This document shows, piece after piece, positions 34,508 through 45,440 of a DNA stretch of 64,000 bases (its first letter is position 1; each line of letters begins with the position of its first letter). The translations under genes and the position numbers were made by a program. This DNA is from Sulfurimonas sp. (GTDB taxonomy: Bacteria; Campylobacterota; Campylobacteria; Campylobacterales; Sulfurimonadaceae): NCBI GenBank assembly GCA_030949945.1, contig JAUZRZ010000057.1, positions 8,612 to 72,611 on the forward strand, read 5' to 3'. Under the pieces are notes generated by a model. That model made no database searches and was not told the origin of the DNA. It saw only the letters and a program-made list of their open reading frames with translations.

Positions 34508-34849
34508 ATGATACAAGTTTATGGAATAAAAAACTGTGATAGTGTTAAAAAGGCACTCAAGTTTTTTAAAAATCACAATATAGAGTACACACTTTTTGAC
34601 TTTAAAACACAAACTCTTCCATGTGAAAAGATATCAGATTGGTTAAAGCAAACAGATATGAAAACTCTTTTTAATTCAAGAAGTACCACTTTTAGAAACT
34701 TAAAACTCAAAGAACTTTCACTAGATGAAACTGGACAAAAAGAGTGGCTTTGTAAAGAAAACTTACTTATAAAAAGACCTGTTGTTGAGTACGATGGTAA
34801 ATTACTAGTAGGCTTTAATGAAGAAAACTATCAAAGGAGTTTTTTATGA
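34508..34849 (+). CDS. ArsC/Spx family protein (YffB-like)
   Basis: YGIKNCDSVKKA and LIKRPV motifs. Confidence 0.9.
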   Translation: MIQVYGIKNCDSVKKALKFFKNHNIEYTLFDFKTQTLPCEKISDWLKQTDMKTLFNSRSTTFRNLKLKELSLDETGQKEWLCKENLLIKRPVVEYDGKLLVGFNEENYQRSFL

Positions 34850-35947
34850 GTGATGAAATTCAAGGACAAGTAGCACCAGAGAAACAGAGACTCGATATAA
34901 AAAAATTGCTAAAATCTGTTTTAGCATTTAAGTCATCAGATTTGCACCTCGTTGTTGGGAGTGAACCACAGATTCGTATAGATAAAGAGCTTCGTGCATT
35001 AAACCTACCTGTTTTGGATGCTAAAGATGTTGAAAGCATGGCTTATTCGCTTATTGAAGATAAACAGAAGAAGGAGTTTGAAGAACATAACGAACTTGAC
35101 TTCTCTTTTGAACTAGAAGGAGTTGGACGTTTTCGTGCGAACTATTATCGTACTATCCATGGTATAGCTTGTGCATTTCGTATGATTCCTATTGAGATAC
35201 CAACCTTAGATGAGTATGGTAACCCTCCTATTTTTAAAGAACTTATTAAAAAAGAAAAAGGTCTTATCTTAGTGACAGGACCAACGGGTTCTGGTAAATC
35301 AACTACACTCGCTTCAATGCTCCATGAGATAAACATGACAGAACGCCGCCATATTATCACTATTGAAGACCCTGTGGAGTTTGTTCATAAAAACAACAAG
35401 TCCCTCTTCTCTCAACGTGATGTAGGAAGCAACACTGCCTCATTTGCAGCAGCACTTAAATACTCTCTTCGTCAAGATCCTGACATCATTCTCATTGGGG
35501 AGATGCGAGATGCTGAAACTATTGGTGCGGCACTTACAGCTGCTGAAACTGGTCACTTAGTCTTTGGAACTCTGCACACCAACTCTGCACCTGGTACTAT
35601 AAACCGTATTATCGATGTTTTTGATGGAGAAGAACAAGCACAAGTTCGTGCGCAACTTGCATCTTCACTTGTGGCGGTAATTTCACAAACACTTATACCA
35701 AGAATTGGAAGTGGAAAAGTTGCAACACAAGAGATACTTATCACAAACCCAGCAATACAAAATCAAATCCGTGAAGATAAAGTACATCAAATTTACTCAC
35801 AAATGCAACTCAACCAAACTGAAACAAATATGACAACTCAAACACAACAGCTACTTGAGCTTTTACAAAAATATCATATCAAAAGAGAATGCTATCAAAA
35901 ACTCTAATAGACCCGAAGAGTTGATGAAACTTATAGGAAATTTATAA
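34846..35947 (+). CDS. pilT: Type IV pilus retraction ATPase PilT (terminal frameshift)
   Basis: SDLHL, GPTGSGKST, TIEDPVE, LRQDPD and AETGHLVFGTLHTNSA motifs. Confidence 0.93.
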
Positions 35948-35955
35948 CTAAGTAG

Positions 35956-36963
35956 TTATACCGTTTTCCTAAATTTTATCATTTTAAATCGTTCGCCCAA
36001 AAAGTTAGGAAGAATGAGCATTTTAGCTTTTTCTAACTCTTGTTTATAAAGCTTTTCATCTACATTTTCTTTGAGCATCTCTAAAAGTTCTAACATTCCC
36101 ATATCTATAAGTGCTACCATCTGTGCTTTTAGCTCTATAAATGCTACACCTGCCTCTTCATAAGCATCTTTTACATGCTCAAAAGTTACATCATAGGTTA
36201 TATCACTGTTAGCAAAAAGTCTCTCTCTAGGTACATAGTCTTCATTATCTTTAGGAAGGAAAAAAGGGAGAACCTTATGTTTTGTGTATAAACGCAGCGA
36301 GAAGTCTGGACGAGCTACCATCTCACCATAATCAAAACTCATAAACTCAAACTTATCACATGAGGCCGCCATCTCTTTTGCGAACTCTTCATAGCCAATA
36401 GCAATTTCACCACGGTCTTTATTGTACTTTTTGGCCTTATCTTTAGTCCAAGTATCATCTACATCAAAATGAACTTCATGTCCCTCAACTCTAGCAGATT
36501 TACCTTTGTAGTAGAGTTCACAAGGAAATGCATCAAAAATTTCATTTGCTATAAAAAAAGCATTACTGCAAGAGAGCTCATGCAAAGATTTGTAGTGTGT
36601 GAGGTTTATAGCATCACCAAAAGAGTCTGTAAAATAATGCCTTTGATGTTCTTGTAAGTCATCAAATCGTTCTATAATTACAAACTTAAAAGTTTTTAAC
36701 AATTCTGGTCTAAGGGTATAGATAAACTCACATACATCAGCTAAAAAGTATCCATGATGTGCCCCAATCTCACAAATAACTGCATCTTGTTCTAAAAAAC
36801 CCTCATCTACTAAAGAGATAATATGTTTAGCGATAGTACCACCAAAAAATTTACTAGTACTAACAGCCGTATAAAAGTCACCCTCTTTTCCGATGTTTTT
36901 ATAAGTAGTATAATACCCATCTTCACCATATAACCATTGTGTCATATATTCACTAAATTTCAA
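35956..36963 (-). CDS. SAM-dependent methyltransferase, MidA/NDUFAF7 family
   Basis: GYY..IGKEGDFYTA, EIGA, NEIFDAFP, FDYG and DIT motifs. Confidence 0.88.
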   Translation of the reverse strand: MKFSEYMTQWLYGEDGYYTTYKNIGKEGDFYTAVSTSKFFGGTIAKHIISLVDEGFLEQDAVICEIGAHHGYFLADVCEFIYTLRPELLKTFKFVIIERFDDLQEHQRHYFTDSFGDAINLTHYKSLHELSCSNAFFIANEIFDAFPCELYYKGKSARVEGHEVHFDVDDTWTKDKAKKYNKDRGEIAIGYEEFAKEMAASCDKFEFMSFDYGEMVARPDFSLRLYTKHKVLPFFLPKDNEDYVPRERLFANSDITYDVTFEHVKDAYEEAGVAFIELKAQMVALIDMGMLELLEMLKENVDEKLYKQELEKAKMLILPNFLGERFKMIKFRKTV

Positions 36964-36965
36964 TA

Positions 36966-38192
36966 TTACTCTCCACTGTTTACATACATTTCATAAAGAG
37001 TTAATAGCTCTAACTGCTTATCTATCTCATAAACTTTTGAGTCTATTTTTTGTATATTTAAAGAGTTTTCTAATATATCTACATCATATTGTGTTTTATA
37101 TCCAGCCAAAAACAGCTCTTTTGTTTCATTTAAAAGTTTTGTATATATATCTCTATTTTCATTACTTAAAGCTATTTTTTTATCAAAATTCTCGATATTA
37201 TGTAGTACTTGTTTAAAAAGTGCTTTGAGTTCACGCTTTTTATCCTCTTGAATTACTCTTGATTTAAGATACTCTACACGCGATACTTCAATATCTACAA
37301 ATGTATTTATATCTAATGGCATTGAGGCACTCACTCCATAATCATAATAAGCCAAATCATTTACAAAAGTAACATTAGCATCAAACTGTTGCTCCGATTG
37401 ACTCCAGTTGTATCCTGCAGTAAGACTTATTTTTGGAAGGTATTTTGCAATAGTTACATTTGTATAATAATCATTTTTTGCTACCTCTGCAGCACTTTGT
37501 TTTAAAACTATATTATGAGCGATAAACTCTTTTTGCGATATATACTCTAGATGTGGAATACTTACTTTCTCATAATCTAAATCACTCAAATTCTCAAAAC
37601 TTGTAATAAGTCTCTCTTTTGCTGTCTCAATATCATAGAGTGCTTGAATTACAATATTTCTTTGAATAATGGCATTATCTAAAAATCCTGAATCAAGCTG
37701 TCCATTGAGATACTGCTCTTTTTTCTGCTGTAAATTAATTTCAGAATTTTTTATCTGAAGTTTTTGTGCTTGAATTTTAAGAACTGTCTGTTTTATTTGC
37801 ATCAAAATTGCAACAGTCTCTTTTATCATTTTACGTTTAGCAACATCAATAGAGTAATCTGCATATAATCTACTCGCATTTGCAAACTTTATGCCATAAA
37901 TAATTCCACCACTTTGAAAGATTGGCTGATCCATCCTAATAGCTGCTTTTTCATTTGTTAACTCTGTATCAAATGGCTTACTTCTCGAATAAGAGTAGTT
38001 AAGTTGGAGTGGTGCTATCCATGAGTCACGAAGTTTTGAACTCTCCGCCTCATTTTTTTCATAGTCATATTTAAACTGTTCTTGTTTTAAATCAGAAATA
38101 TATGTATCTAAGCTTGCACTCTTCTCATTTGCACTAAGAGAGAGACTAAAGAGTAGAGACAGCGGTGCTAAGAGCTTTAAAACCTGCATCAA
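36966..38192 (-). CDS. TolC-family outer membrane protein
   Basis: Signal peptide, QPIFQSG and YLPKISL with coiled-coil repeats; start overlaps the end of argD. Confidence 0.8.
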   Translation of the reverse strand: MMQVLKLLAPLSLLFSLSLSANEKSASLDTYISDLKQEQFKYDYEKNEAESSKLRDSWIAPLQLNYSYSRSKPFDTELTNEKAAIRMDQPIFQSGGIIYGIKFANASRLYADYSIDVAKRKMIKETVAILMQIKQTVLKIQAQKLQIKNSEINLQQKKEQYLNGQLDSGFLDNAIIQRNIVIQALYDIETAKERLITSFENLSDLDYEKVSIPHLEYISQKEFIAHNIVLKQSAAEVAKNDYYTNVTIAKYLPKISLTAGYNWSQSEQQFDANVTFVNDLAYYDYGVSASMPLDINTFVDIEVSRVEYLKSRVIQEDKKRELKALFKQVLHNIENFDKKIALSNENRDIYTKLLNETKELFLAGYKTQYDVDILENSLNIQKIDSKVYEIDKQLELLTLYEMYVNSGE

Positions 38193-39327
38193 TTTCCTCT
38201 TTTGTAATAGTAAGTGGTGGTAAAAATCTTAAAGTATTTCTTCCAGCACGCAAAACCATAACTCCATTATCTTTTGCATTACTCATAATCCTAGCAAGCA
38301 GATCTGCATCTATAACACGAAGACCACACATCATACCTATACCTACTTTTTGTGTAAAAAGCTTTTTGTTATTTGCATAGAATCCATCTAATACTGAGTG
38401 AAAATAAGTAGATGTCTTTTCGAGTTCACCACTTGCCTTTAATTCATTTAAAATCTCTGTAACACTACAAACTGCAGTTGAACTTAAATAGTTACCACCA
38501 AATGTAGAACCATGATCACCCGCACTCAAAACATTTTTAAGAGTAGTCATAACTATTCCAATAGGAACTCCACCTCCAACACCTTTTGCTAAGGTAATAA
38601 TTTCTGGACTTATACCATACAACTGAGAAGCAGTAAACTCTCCTGTTCTATATCCACCTGTTTGCACTTCATCTACAACAAGAGGAATGTTTTTAGACTT
38701 TAATAGTTTTTCTAAAGCTTGCACCTGTACCTTATCTTGAGGTTCAACCCCACCCTCACCTTGAATAAGTTCAATCATAACACCAGCAGTATGGTCATCT
38801 AAAAGTGCCTCTATGCTCTGTATATCATCAGCATATACAAAACCATCAGGGAAAGGACCAAAATAGTTATGCATTGCCTCTTGACCCGTTGCTTTTACTG
38901 TAGTGATAGTTCGTCCATGAAATGAGTGTTTGAGTGTAATAACTTTGTAGCGTTTAATCTCGCCATCGCGTTCACCATGTTTTCTGAGTATCTTTATAGC
39001 CCCTTCATTTGCTTCAGCACCACTATTTGCAAAGAAACATGCCATATCATAACCACTAGCTTTTACAATAGCCTCAGCTGCTTTTGCTTGAGGAGCGATA
39101 TGATAAAGATTTGAAGTATGTGTAATTTTTGAGAGTTGTTCACATAATGCTTTGTTTACTCTTGCATTTGCATGACCAACACTTACAACTCCTATTCCTG
39201 ATGTAAAATCAATATATTTTTTACCCTCGCTATCTGTAAGTGTAGCATTATCTCCGCTCACAAACTCAACATCACCGCGCCCGTAAGTTCCAAGGACATA
39301 TTTTTTATCCAACTCTTTTATATTCAT
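38146..39327 (-). CDS. argD: Acetylornithine aminotransferase
   Basis: NSGAEANE, SFHGRT, DEVQTG, TLAKG and HGSTFGGN motifs. Confidence 0.92.
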   Translation of the reverse strand: MNIKELDKKYVLGTYGRGDVEFVSGDNATLTDSEGKKYIDFTSGIGVVSVGHANARVNKALCEQLSKITHTSNLYHIAPQAKAAEAIVKASGYDMACFFANSGAEANEGAIKILRKHGERDGEIKRYKVITLKHSFHGRTITTVKATGQEAMHNYFGPFPDGFVYADDIQSIEALLDDHTAGVMIELIQGEGGVEPQDKVQVQALEKLLKSKNIPLVVDEVQTGGYRTGEFTASQLYGISPEIITLAKGVGGGVPIGIVMTTLKNVLSAGDHGSTFGGNYLSSTAVCSVTEILNELKASGELEKTSTYFHSVLDGFYANNKKLFTQKVGIGMMCGLRVIDADLLARIMSNAKDNGVMVLRAGRNTLRFLPPLTITKEEIDAGFKALSTAVSTL

Positions 39328-39348
39328 AATTTTTCCTAGTTTTTTCTT

Positions 39349-40143
39349 TTATTTTAATTCAACTTTTGCTAGTTTTGAAAAAACTGCAGGTGCTTTAATA
39401 ATTATTTGTGCTTTATATTTAGATATATTTTTACTATCTGCGATATTAAGAACTCTATCCACCTTGTAAGCTGTTTTTTCACCATTAATATATATAACAC
39501 TGTTTTTAGCATTAACTACATCTTTCTCGTTAAGATAAATAGTCAATATAGCATGTTTGGTATCCATCAGAGTTGCTAATGGAGTTCCTTTGTTTACTAC
39601 TTCACCTACTTTGACCTCTAAAGAGTAGAGTTTAAAACCTTTTGCACTTAAAGATTTATCATTAATACTCCGTATTAACTGTTTTTGTCGTAATTCTAAA
39701 TCAGCAAGCTGTGTTTTAAGTGTATTTATCTCTTTTTGTGTAGAGAGAAAAGAGTTCTCACTATTTACTAAGTCATAAAACTCTTTATCTTTTTCAAGAT
39801 TTGATTTAATTTTTAAATTTTTAACTCTTTCATAATTTAGACGTTTTTTTTCTAAAGAAATATCTAAATTTGAGATAATATTTTCATTTAATTTGACAGT
39901 TTTTTTCAAATATTCAATCTTTTCTTTTATATAGCGTAATTCATCTTTGTCAAGTTTTGCATCAATTTGTAGATAAGGGCTAGAAGAGAGTGTTTGACCA
40001 AGCATACTTTCATTACTCATCAAAACTACACCAGATACATTTGATGCGATACGACGAACCTCATAAGGTTCTACTTTTGAGTAATAAACATTTGCACTTA
40101 AACTAATAACAGTAACAATAAATAGGGGTAATAATTTCATCAT
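39349..40143 (-). CDS. HlyD-like periplasmic adaptor protein
   Basis: Signal peptide; lipoyl-like halves (IASNVSG, VKVGEVVNKGTPL) flanking a coiled coil. Confidence 0.7.
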   Translation of the reverse strand: MMKLLPLFIVTVISLSANVYYSKVEPYEVRRIASNVSGVVLMSNESMLGQTLSSSPYLQIDAKLDKDELRYIKEKIEYLKKTVKLNENIISNLDISLEKKRLNYERVKNLKIKSNLEKDKEFYDLVNSENSFLSTQKEINTLKTQLADLELRQKQLIRSINDKSLSAKGFKLYSLEVKVGEVVNKGTPLATLMDTKHAILTIYLNEKDVVNAKNSVIYINGEKTAYKVDRVLNIADSKNISKYKAQIIIKAPAVFSKLAKVELK

Positions 40144-40232
40144 GATTTATTCTAGCATTACATTATTAATATTCAAGAACAATTCATATCTTTTTTGGTA
40201 TTATTGGGAAATAAACACCAAAGGATATTTTA

Positions 40233-41171
40233 ATGTCTGTATTAGATAATGTCGATGCTGCTACAAATCTAGCAAAAAATAATGAACTTCAATTACTAGT
40301 ATTTAGAATTAATGATAAAAAAGATTCTGCATATTATGCAATAAATGTTTTTAAAACTCGTGAAGTGGTGGAATCAAAGAATCATTTTTTAACTCAAATA
40401 CCTTCTGCTAACCCTCTTTTAGAAGGTACAATTATGCTTCGTGGACTTCAAATTCCTATTTTAGATCTTCCAACTTGGCTAGGTTCAACATTATCAAAAG
40501 AAGATGTAAAAAAATCAAACATCCTTATTTGTGATTTTAATGGTGTTATCATTGGTCTTAGAATTATGTCAGCATTTAGAGTTATAAAAAAGAACTGGAA
40601 TGAAATGCATGCACCTGATAGCTACAGACTCAAAGAAAATGGTGTTGTGATGAATGACACAAGACTAGAAGATGGCTCACTCTGTCTAATCCTAGACTAT
40701 GAAAAGCTTCTTGCAGATGTTCTCCCTCAGGCTATGGTTGATGTTTTCGCAGACACTAATAATTTACTCAAATTAGACATTCCTGCATCTTTAAAAAATG
40801 GAACTGTTTTAATTGCTGAAGACTCAAGAACAGCTCAACGCCATCTTATTCAAATCTTTGAAAATGCAAATATTGATATGAAACTATTTAATGATGGACA
40901 AAAACTCGTTGACTATATTTTCTCTCTTGGTGAAGCTGCAAAAGATATACCAGCTATTGTTACAGATATAGAAATGCCTGAAATGTCTGGTTTTACGGTA
41001 ATTAAAACACTAAAAGCAAATCCTATAACAAAAGATATTCCTATTATTGTCAATAGTTCTATGACAGGTGATAACAATAAACGCGAAGCTGAAGTACTTG
41101 GGGCAGATAGCTTCATTGACAAAACAAAAAGTCATAATATTATTCCATTAATTATTTCTGTAATGAAATAG
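40233..41171 (+). CDS. cheV: Chemotaxis protein CheV
   Basis: CheW domain (YAINVFKTREV) plus receiver domain (AEDS, TDIEMPEMSG). Confidence 0.93.
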   Translation: MSVLDNVDAATNLAKNNELQLLVFRINDKKDSAYYAINVFKTREVVESKNHFLTQIPSANPLLEGTIMLRGLQIPILDLPTWLGSTLSKEDVKKSNILICDFNGVIIGLRIMSAFRVIKKNWNEMHAPDSYRLKENGVVMNDTRLEDGSLCLILDYEKLLADVLPQAMVDVFADTNNLLKLDIPASLKNGTVLIAEDSRTAQRHLIQIFENANIDMKLFNDGQKLVDYIFSLGEAAKDIPAIVTDIEMPEMSGFTVIKTLKANPITKDIPIIVNSSMTGDNNKREAEVLGADSFIDKTKSHNIIPLIISVMK

Positions 41172-41209
41172 TTAATACCTTCTTCTAGAAGTACAATCAA
41201 TCATAAGAA

Positions 41210-41350
41210 AGTTGATGTAGATTTAAGAGTGATACTGCATTAGACGAGGAAGTGTACTATTGTCCACGCACTGAGCGAAGAGAACAACGCTACGCCTTGG
41301 GGTGCTAAATGCCGACACCGCTGTAGCTAAAGCACGTAAATGCGGTGCTA
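41210..41350. repeat. GC-richer intergenic element containing a free copy (41301-41350) of the module inserted in the MITE-like repeats
   Basis: GGTGCTAAATGCCGACACCGCTGTAGCTAAAG..GCGGTGCT resembles 31618-31660. Confidence 0.6.
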
Positions 41351-41358
41351 TTTGAATT

Positions 41359-42688
41359 TTAGTTATTAAATAGTGAGATTAAAACACCAGCTGCTACTGC
41401 TGAACCTATTACCCCTGCCACATTTGGACCCATTGCATGCATTAAAAGCATATTTGTACGGTCGTATTCCATACCTACTTTATTAGATACACGAGCCGCC
41501 ATTGGAACCGCTGAAACACCAGCTGAACCAATTAGTGGATTAATTTTATTACCTGGAAAGAGGTTCATAAACTTAGCCATTAAAACACCTGCCGCAGTAC
41601 CTACAGAGAATGCCACTATACCAAGAGCCATAATAAACATAGTCTGTGGAACTAAGAACTGATCTGCTGCTAGTTTAGAACCAACACCAAGACCTAAGAA
41701 AATAGTTACTGTATTTATAAGTGAGTTTTGAAGAGTATCATTAAGACGCTCAACAACACCTGACTCTTTTAAGAAGTTACCAAACATAAATGCACCAATA
41801 AGTGGTGTAGATTCTGGAAGTACTAAAATCGCAAGAGTTAAAACCATTACAGGAAATACAAGTTTCTCTAAACGCGATACATGACGAAGTGTTGTCATCT
41901 TAATACGACGCTCAGCATCTGTTGTAAGTGCTTTCATAATTGGAGGCTGAATGATAGGAACCATCGCCATGTAAGAGTAAGAAGCAACTGCAATAGCACC
42001 TAAAAGTTCAGGAGCAAGTTTTGTTGCGATGAAAATAGATGTTGGACCATCTGCTCCACCTATGATAGAAATAGCTGATGCCTGTTGAAGTGTAAAGTCT
42101 ACAAATCCTGCTTGAGAGAGGGCAACTGCACCAACAAGTGTTCCAAAAATACCAAACTGAGCAGCTCCACCAAGGAGTGCTGTTTTAGGGTTTGATAAAA
42201 GTGGACCAAAATCTGTCATAGCACCTACACCCATGAAAATAAGAATTGGAAACATCTCATTTGAGAGACCCATGGAATAGATAACACCTAAAAATCCATG
42301 TTCCCCTCCAATATTTGCAACTGGAATATTAGCTAATAATCCACCAAATGCGATTGGTAAGAGAAGTAATGGTTCAAACCCTTTGGCTATCGCTAACCAA
42401 AAAAAGAAAAAATGTAAGGATTATCATAAGAGCACGACCGAGCCCTTTATGAAAATTACTCATTTTTTCACCTTTTGCATTGAGCTCATCTGGATTAGGA
42501 CTAATAAATGCAACAATACCAGTTGATTTTAAAAATCCTGTAACCATATGAGAAAAAGTTTGAGTTTTATATGTCTCTTCTTTATGTGTTTGATGTGAAG
42601 CATCGCTAGCGATGTGTTCGTTTGCAAAAGTACTACTCGATGCTAAAAGCATAAATAGTGCTAAAAATTTAATTACAATACTTTTCAT
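41359..42688 (-). CDS. oadB: Na+-translocating oxaloacetate decarboxylase beta subunit (indels near 42400)
   Basis: [35 protein letters not shown] and [10 protein letters not shown] motifs. Confidence 0.92.
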
Positions 42689-42692
42689 TTAA

Positions 42693-44519
42693 TTACCCTA
42701 GTACTGCTACTATTTGGCCTTCTACAACTTTATCGTTTGTTGCTACATTTATTGACTTAATAACTCCACCTTTAGGTGCAATAACATCAATTTCCATTTT
42801 CATAGACTCTAAAATTAAAATTACATCACCTTCATTTACACTCTGACCTGGATTTGCAACTATTTTCCAAACATTACCCGGAAGAAGTGCTTTTATCTCT
42901 ATGTCATTTCCTGAACTGCTAACAGATGTTGTTGATGCTGGAATTGATGTTGCTGCTGCTGGAGCTGCCTCGCCATTTACTGCTGTAACTTGAATATTTG
43001 CATCACCTTCTGCAACCTGAACACTAAACTTCTCGCCATTTACTACTACTGTATAATTTCCACTACCCATTGAACTTCCTTTTTCATTTTCTTCACAATC
43101 GTTTTTCATTTGCGATATTTTACGTACATTTAACTCTCCCTTTCCTAGTAGAAAAGTGATACCTTTTTCCTGACATGCTGCTGTAATGAAGATATTCTCT
43201 TCAGTAATTTCTATGTCATTTTCTTTTAGCTTGTCAATCGCATGTTGCAGAGATTTTGTCTCATCTGCATCAGCTATATCGATTGCATTCATTGTTGTAG
43301 GCTCTAGTCCTAACTTTTCTGAAGCAATTTTAACTATCTCTGGATCTGGAGCAACTGGTGTTTTACCAAAATAACCAAGAACCATTTTTCCATACCCTGG
43401 TGCTATTGCATTCCAAGGTCCTTGCATAACATTGTTAAGCGCTTGTTGGAAATAAAACTGAGAAACTGGTGTCACAGATGTACCATAACCACCTTTTTCA
43501 ACCACTTCTTGCATTGCAGCAATTACTTCTGGGAATCTATCCAAAATATTATTATCACGCATCATTTGAGTGTTTGCAGTAAGTGCACCACCTGGCATTG
43601 GTGAAAATGGAATTACTGGAGAAACCATAGTCGCTTCTGGTGGCATAAAGTAATCACTTAAACAGTGTTGTAGCTCTTTTTCATAAGATAAAATCTTACC
43701 AATTTCAAGTCCACCAAGGTCAAAATTCATTCCCTTTGTAGCATGAAGCATTGTTAATATATCTGGTTGAGAAGTTCCACCACTAACAGGAGCAGCAGCC
43801 ATATCTATACCATCAATACCAGCTTCTAAAGCTGCCATATAAGCAGAAACAGAAACACCAGCAGTCTCATGTGTATGTAAACGCAGGTGTGTACCCTCAG
43901 GAACTAAACCACGAGCCATTTTAATAGTTTCAAAAACTTTTTGTGGGTTTGAAGTACCAGATGCATCTTTAAAACAGATACTATCATAAGGAATACCTGC
44001 ATCTAAAATATCACGAAGAGTTTTTTCATAAAACTCAACATCATGTGCACCATTACAACCTGGTGGTAAATCCATCATAGTTACAACTACTTCATGCTTT
44101 AAACCATGGTGAGATATTCTTTCACCTGAGTACTTAAGATTTTCAACATCATTAAGTGCATCAAAGTTACGGATAGTTGTTGTTCCATGTTTTTTAAACA
44201 TTTTTGCATGAAGATCGATAAGTTCTTTAGAACCAGTATCGAGCATAACTGTATTAACACCACGAGCAAGTGTTTGAAGATTTGCATCAGGTCCTACTAT
44301 TTCACGGAACTTATCCATCATTTCAAAAGCATCTTCTCTTAAGTAAAAGTAAAGTGATTGAAATCTTGCTCCACCACCAAACTCAAAGTGATTAATTCCT
44401 GCCACTTTTGCAGCTTCAACTGCTGGAAAAAAATCATTCATAAGAACACGACCGCCATATACTGACTGGAAGCCGTCTCTAAATGTTGTATCCATTACAT
44501 CTATAAATTTCTTAGCCAT
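42693..44519 (-). CDS. oadA: Oxaloacetate decarboxylase alpha subunit (carboxyltransferase plus biotin carrier)
   Basis: FRDGFQS, HTH, VTPVSQ and ESMKME biotinylation site. Confidence 0.9.
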   Translation of the reverse strand: MAKKFIDVMDTTFRDGFQSVYGGRVLMNDFFPAVEAAKVAGINHFEFGGGARFQSLYFYLREDAFEMMDKFREIVGPDANLQTLARGVNTVMLDTGSKELIDLHAKMFKKHGTTTIRNFDALNDVENLKYSGERISHHGLKHEVVVTMMDLPPGCNGAHDVEFYEKTLRDILDAGIPYDSICFKDASGTSNPQKVFETIKMARGLVPEGTHLRLHTHETAGVSVSAYMAALEAGIDGIDMAAAPVSGGTSQPDILTMLHATKGMNFDLGGLEIGKILSYEKELQHCLSDYFMPPEATMVSPVIPFSPMPGGALTANTQMMRDNNILDRFPEVIAAMQEVVEKGGYGTSVTPVSQFYFQQALNNVMQGPWNAIAPGYGKMVLGYFGKTPVAPDPEIVKIASEKLGLEPTTMNAIDIADADETKSLQHAIDKLKENDIEITEENIFITAACQEKGITFLLGKGELNVRKISQMKNDCEENEKGSSMGSGNYTVVVNGEKFSVQVAEGDANIQVTAVNGEAAPAAATSIPASTTSVSSSGNDIEIKALLPGNVWKIVANPGQSVNEGDVILILESMKMEIDVIAPKGGVIKSINVATNDKVVEGQIVAVLG

Positions 44520-44527
44520 TATTATCC

Positions 44528-44764
44528 TTAACCTTCTCTATGGTGCATTATTGCAGCTGTTATTGCAGCTATTACTGTTTTATTGTCTTTTTGCTTAGGT
44601 GTAGCAACTGACGGGTTTATTGTTGGTACCGGTTCAGGAAAGAATCTATGTATTATGTATGACATCAAATTCATACTAGCAATCATAACAATCAAGAACA
44701 TAAATACTGTTCCCATTCCTAGTCCCATAAATTTAAAACCTTCTACAATGAGGTTAGTTTCCAT
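44528..44764 (-). CDS. oadG: Oxaloacetate decarboxylase gamma subunit
   Basis: LGMGTVFMFL transmembrane helix, Pro-rich linker and IAAITAAIMHH. Confidence 0.9.
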   Translation of the reverse strand: METNLIVEGFKFMGLGMGTVFMFLIVMIASMNLMSYIIHRFFPEPVPTINPSVATPKQKDNKTVIAAITAAIMHHREG

Positions 44765-44964
44765 TAAATTACCTTTTTTCATAATTTGTTGGCTTAGTAT
44801 AGTATAAAAATAATTCAAAAAAGTTTAGCCCTCTCCTATTTTTTACTGTTTTATAGAACTTGTTACCTTTTGACTAGCACGTGTGCCTAAAAAAGAGATG
44901 TAATTAAAAATGAAAGTTTATTCTGATAAAATAAGTAAATATTTTAAAACTAGGAAGACTATTT

Positions 44965-45267
44965 ATGATTATTGGAATGTTTGAACAAGACTTTGCAGCT
45001 TATATGATATTTGGGTTAATACTCAACTTCATATTTTCCATACTCTTTGGTATCCATCTCTCCAACAACATTGGCATGCAAGAGATGATTACCTCAAAAG
45101 GCGATAAAGAACAACCTTTACTGGTAAAACTTAGCCTTTTTATTCCCTTTGCTAAAATGTTAATCACACTCTACCGAGTGACTATATTGCAGTTTTATTT
45201 TTTAAACAAAGGATATACATACAAAGAGTACTGGATTTATATGACACACGATGAACAAGACATCTAA
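44965..45267 (+). CDS. Hypothetical membrane protein
   Basis: 100 aa ORF with RBS AGGA and hydrophobic segments. Confidence 0.65.
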   Translation: MIIGMFEQDFAAYMIFGLILNFIFSILFGIHLSNNIGMQEMITSKGDKEQPLLVKLSLFIPFAKMLITLYRVTILQFYFLNKGYTYKEYWIYMTHDEQDI

Positions 45268-45438
45268 ATGAGTGATTTTAAACTCAAACTAATCCTAAGT
45301 GGGCTAGGAGGAGTTGTCTTTTCTTTTATCTTTATTTTACTCACTTTTATACTACCTGTGAAAGAGAAAAGAGATAGTGTAATTTATAAGCCCAAAGGTA
45401 AACTAGAGATAATATCACACTCATTAAAAAATAGATAA
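45268..45438 (+). CDS. Small hypothetical single-TM protein (56 aa), not in the ORF track
   Basis: ATG immediately after the upstream TAA; MSDFKLKLILSGLGGVVFSFIFILLTFILPVKEKR... Confidence 0.45.
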   Translation: MSDFKLKLILSGLGGVVFSFIFILLTFILPVKEKRDSVIYKPKGKLEIISHSLKNR

Positions 45439-45440
45439 AA

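Noticed and set aside
34846-35947. Orphan pilT as a novel system
   Set aside because: pilT is often unlinked from other pilus genes, and its motifs are ordinary.
41210-41350. tRNA or riboswitch between cheV and oadB
   Set aside because: No cloverleaf or TTC/CCA hallmarks. It lies between convergent 3' ends and is better explained as a repeat remnant.
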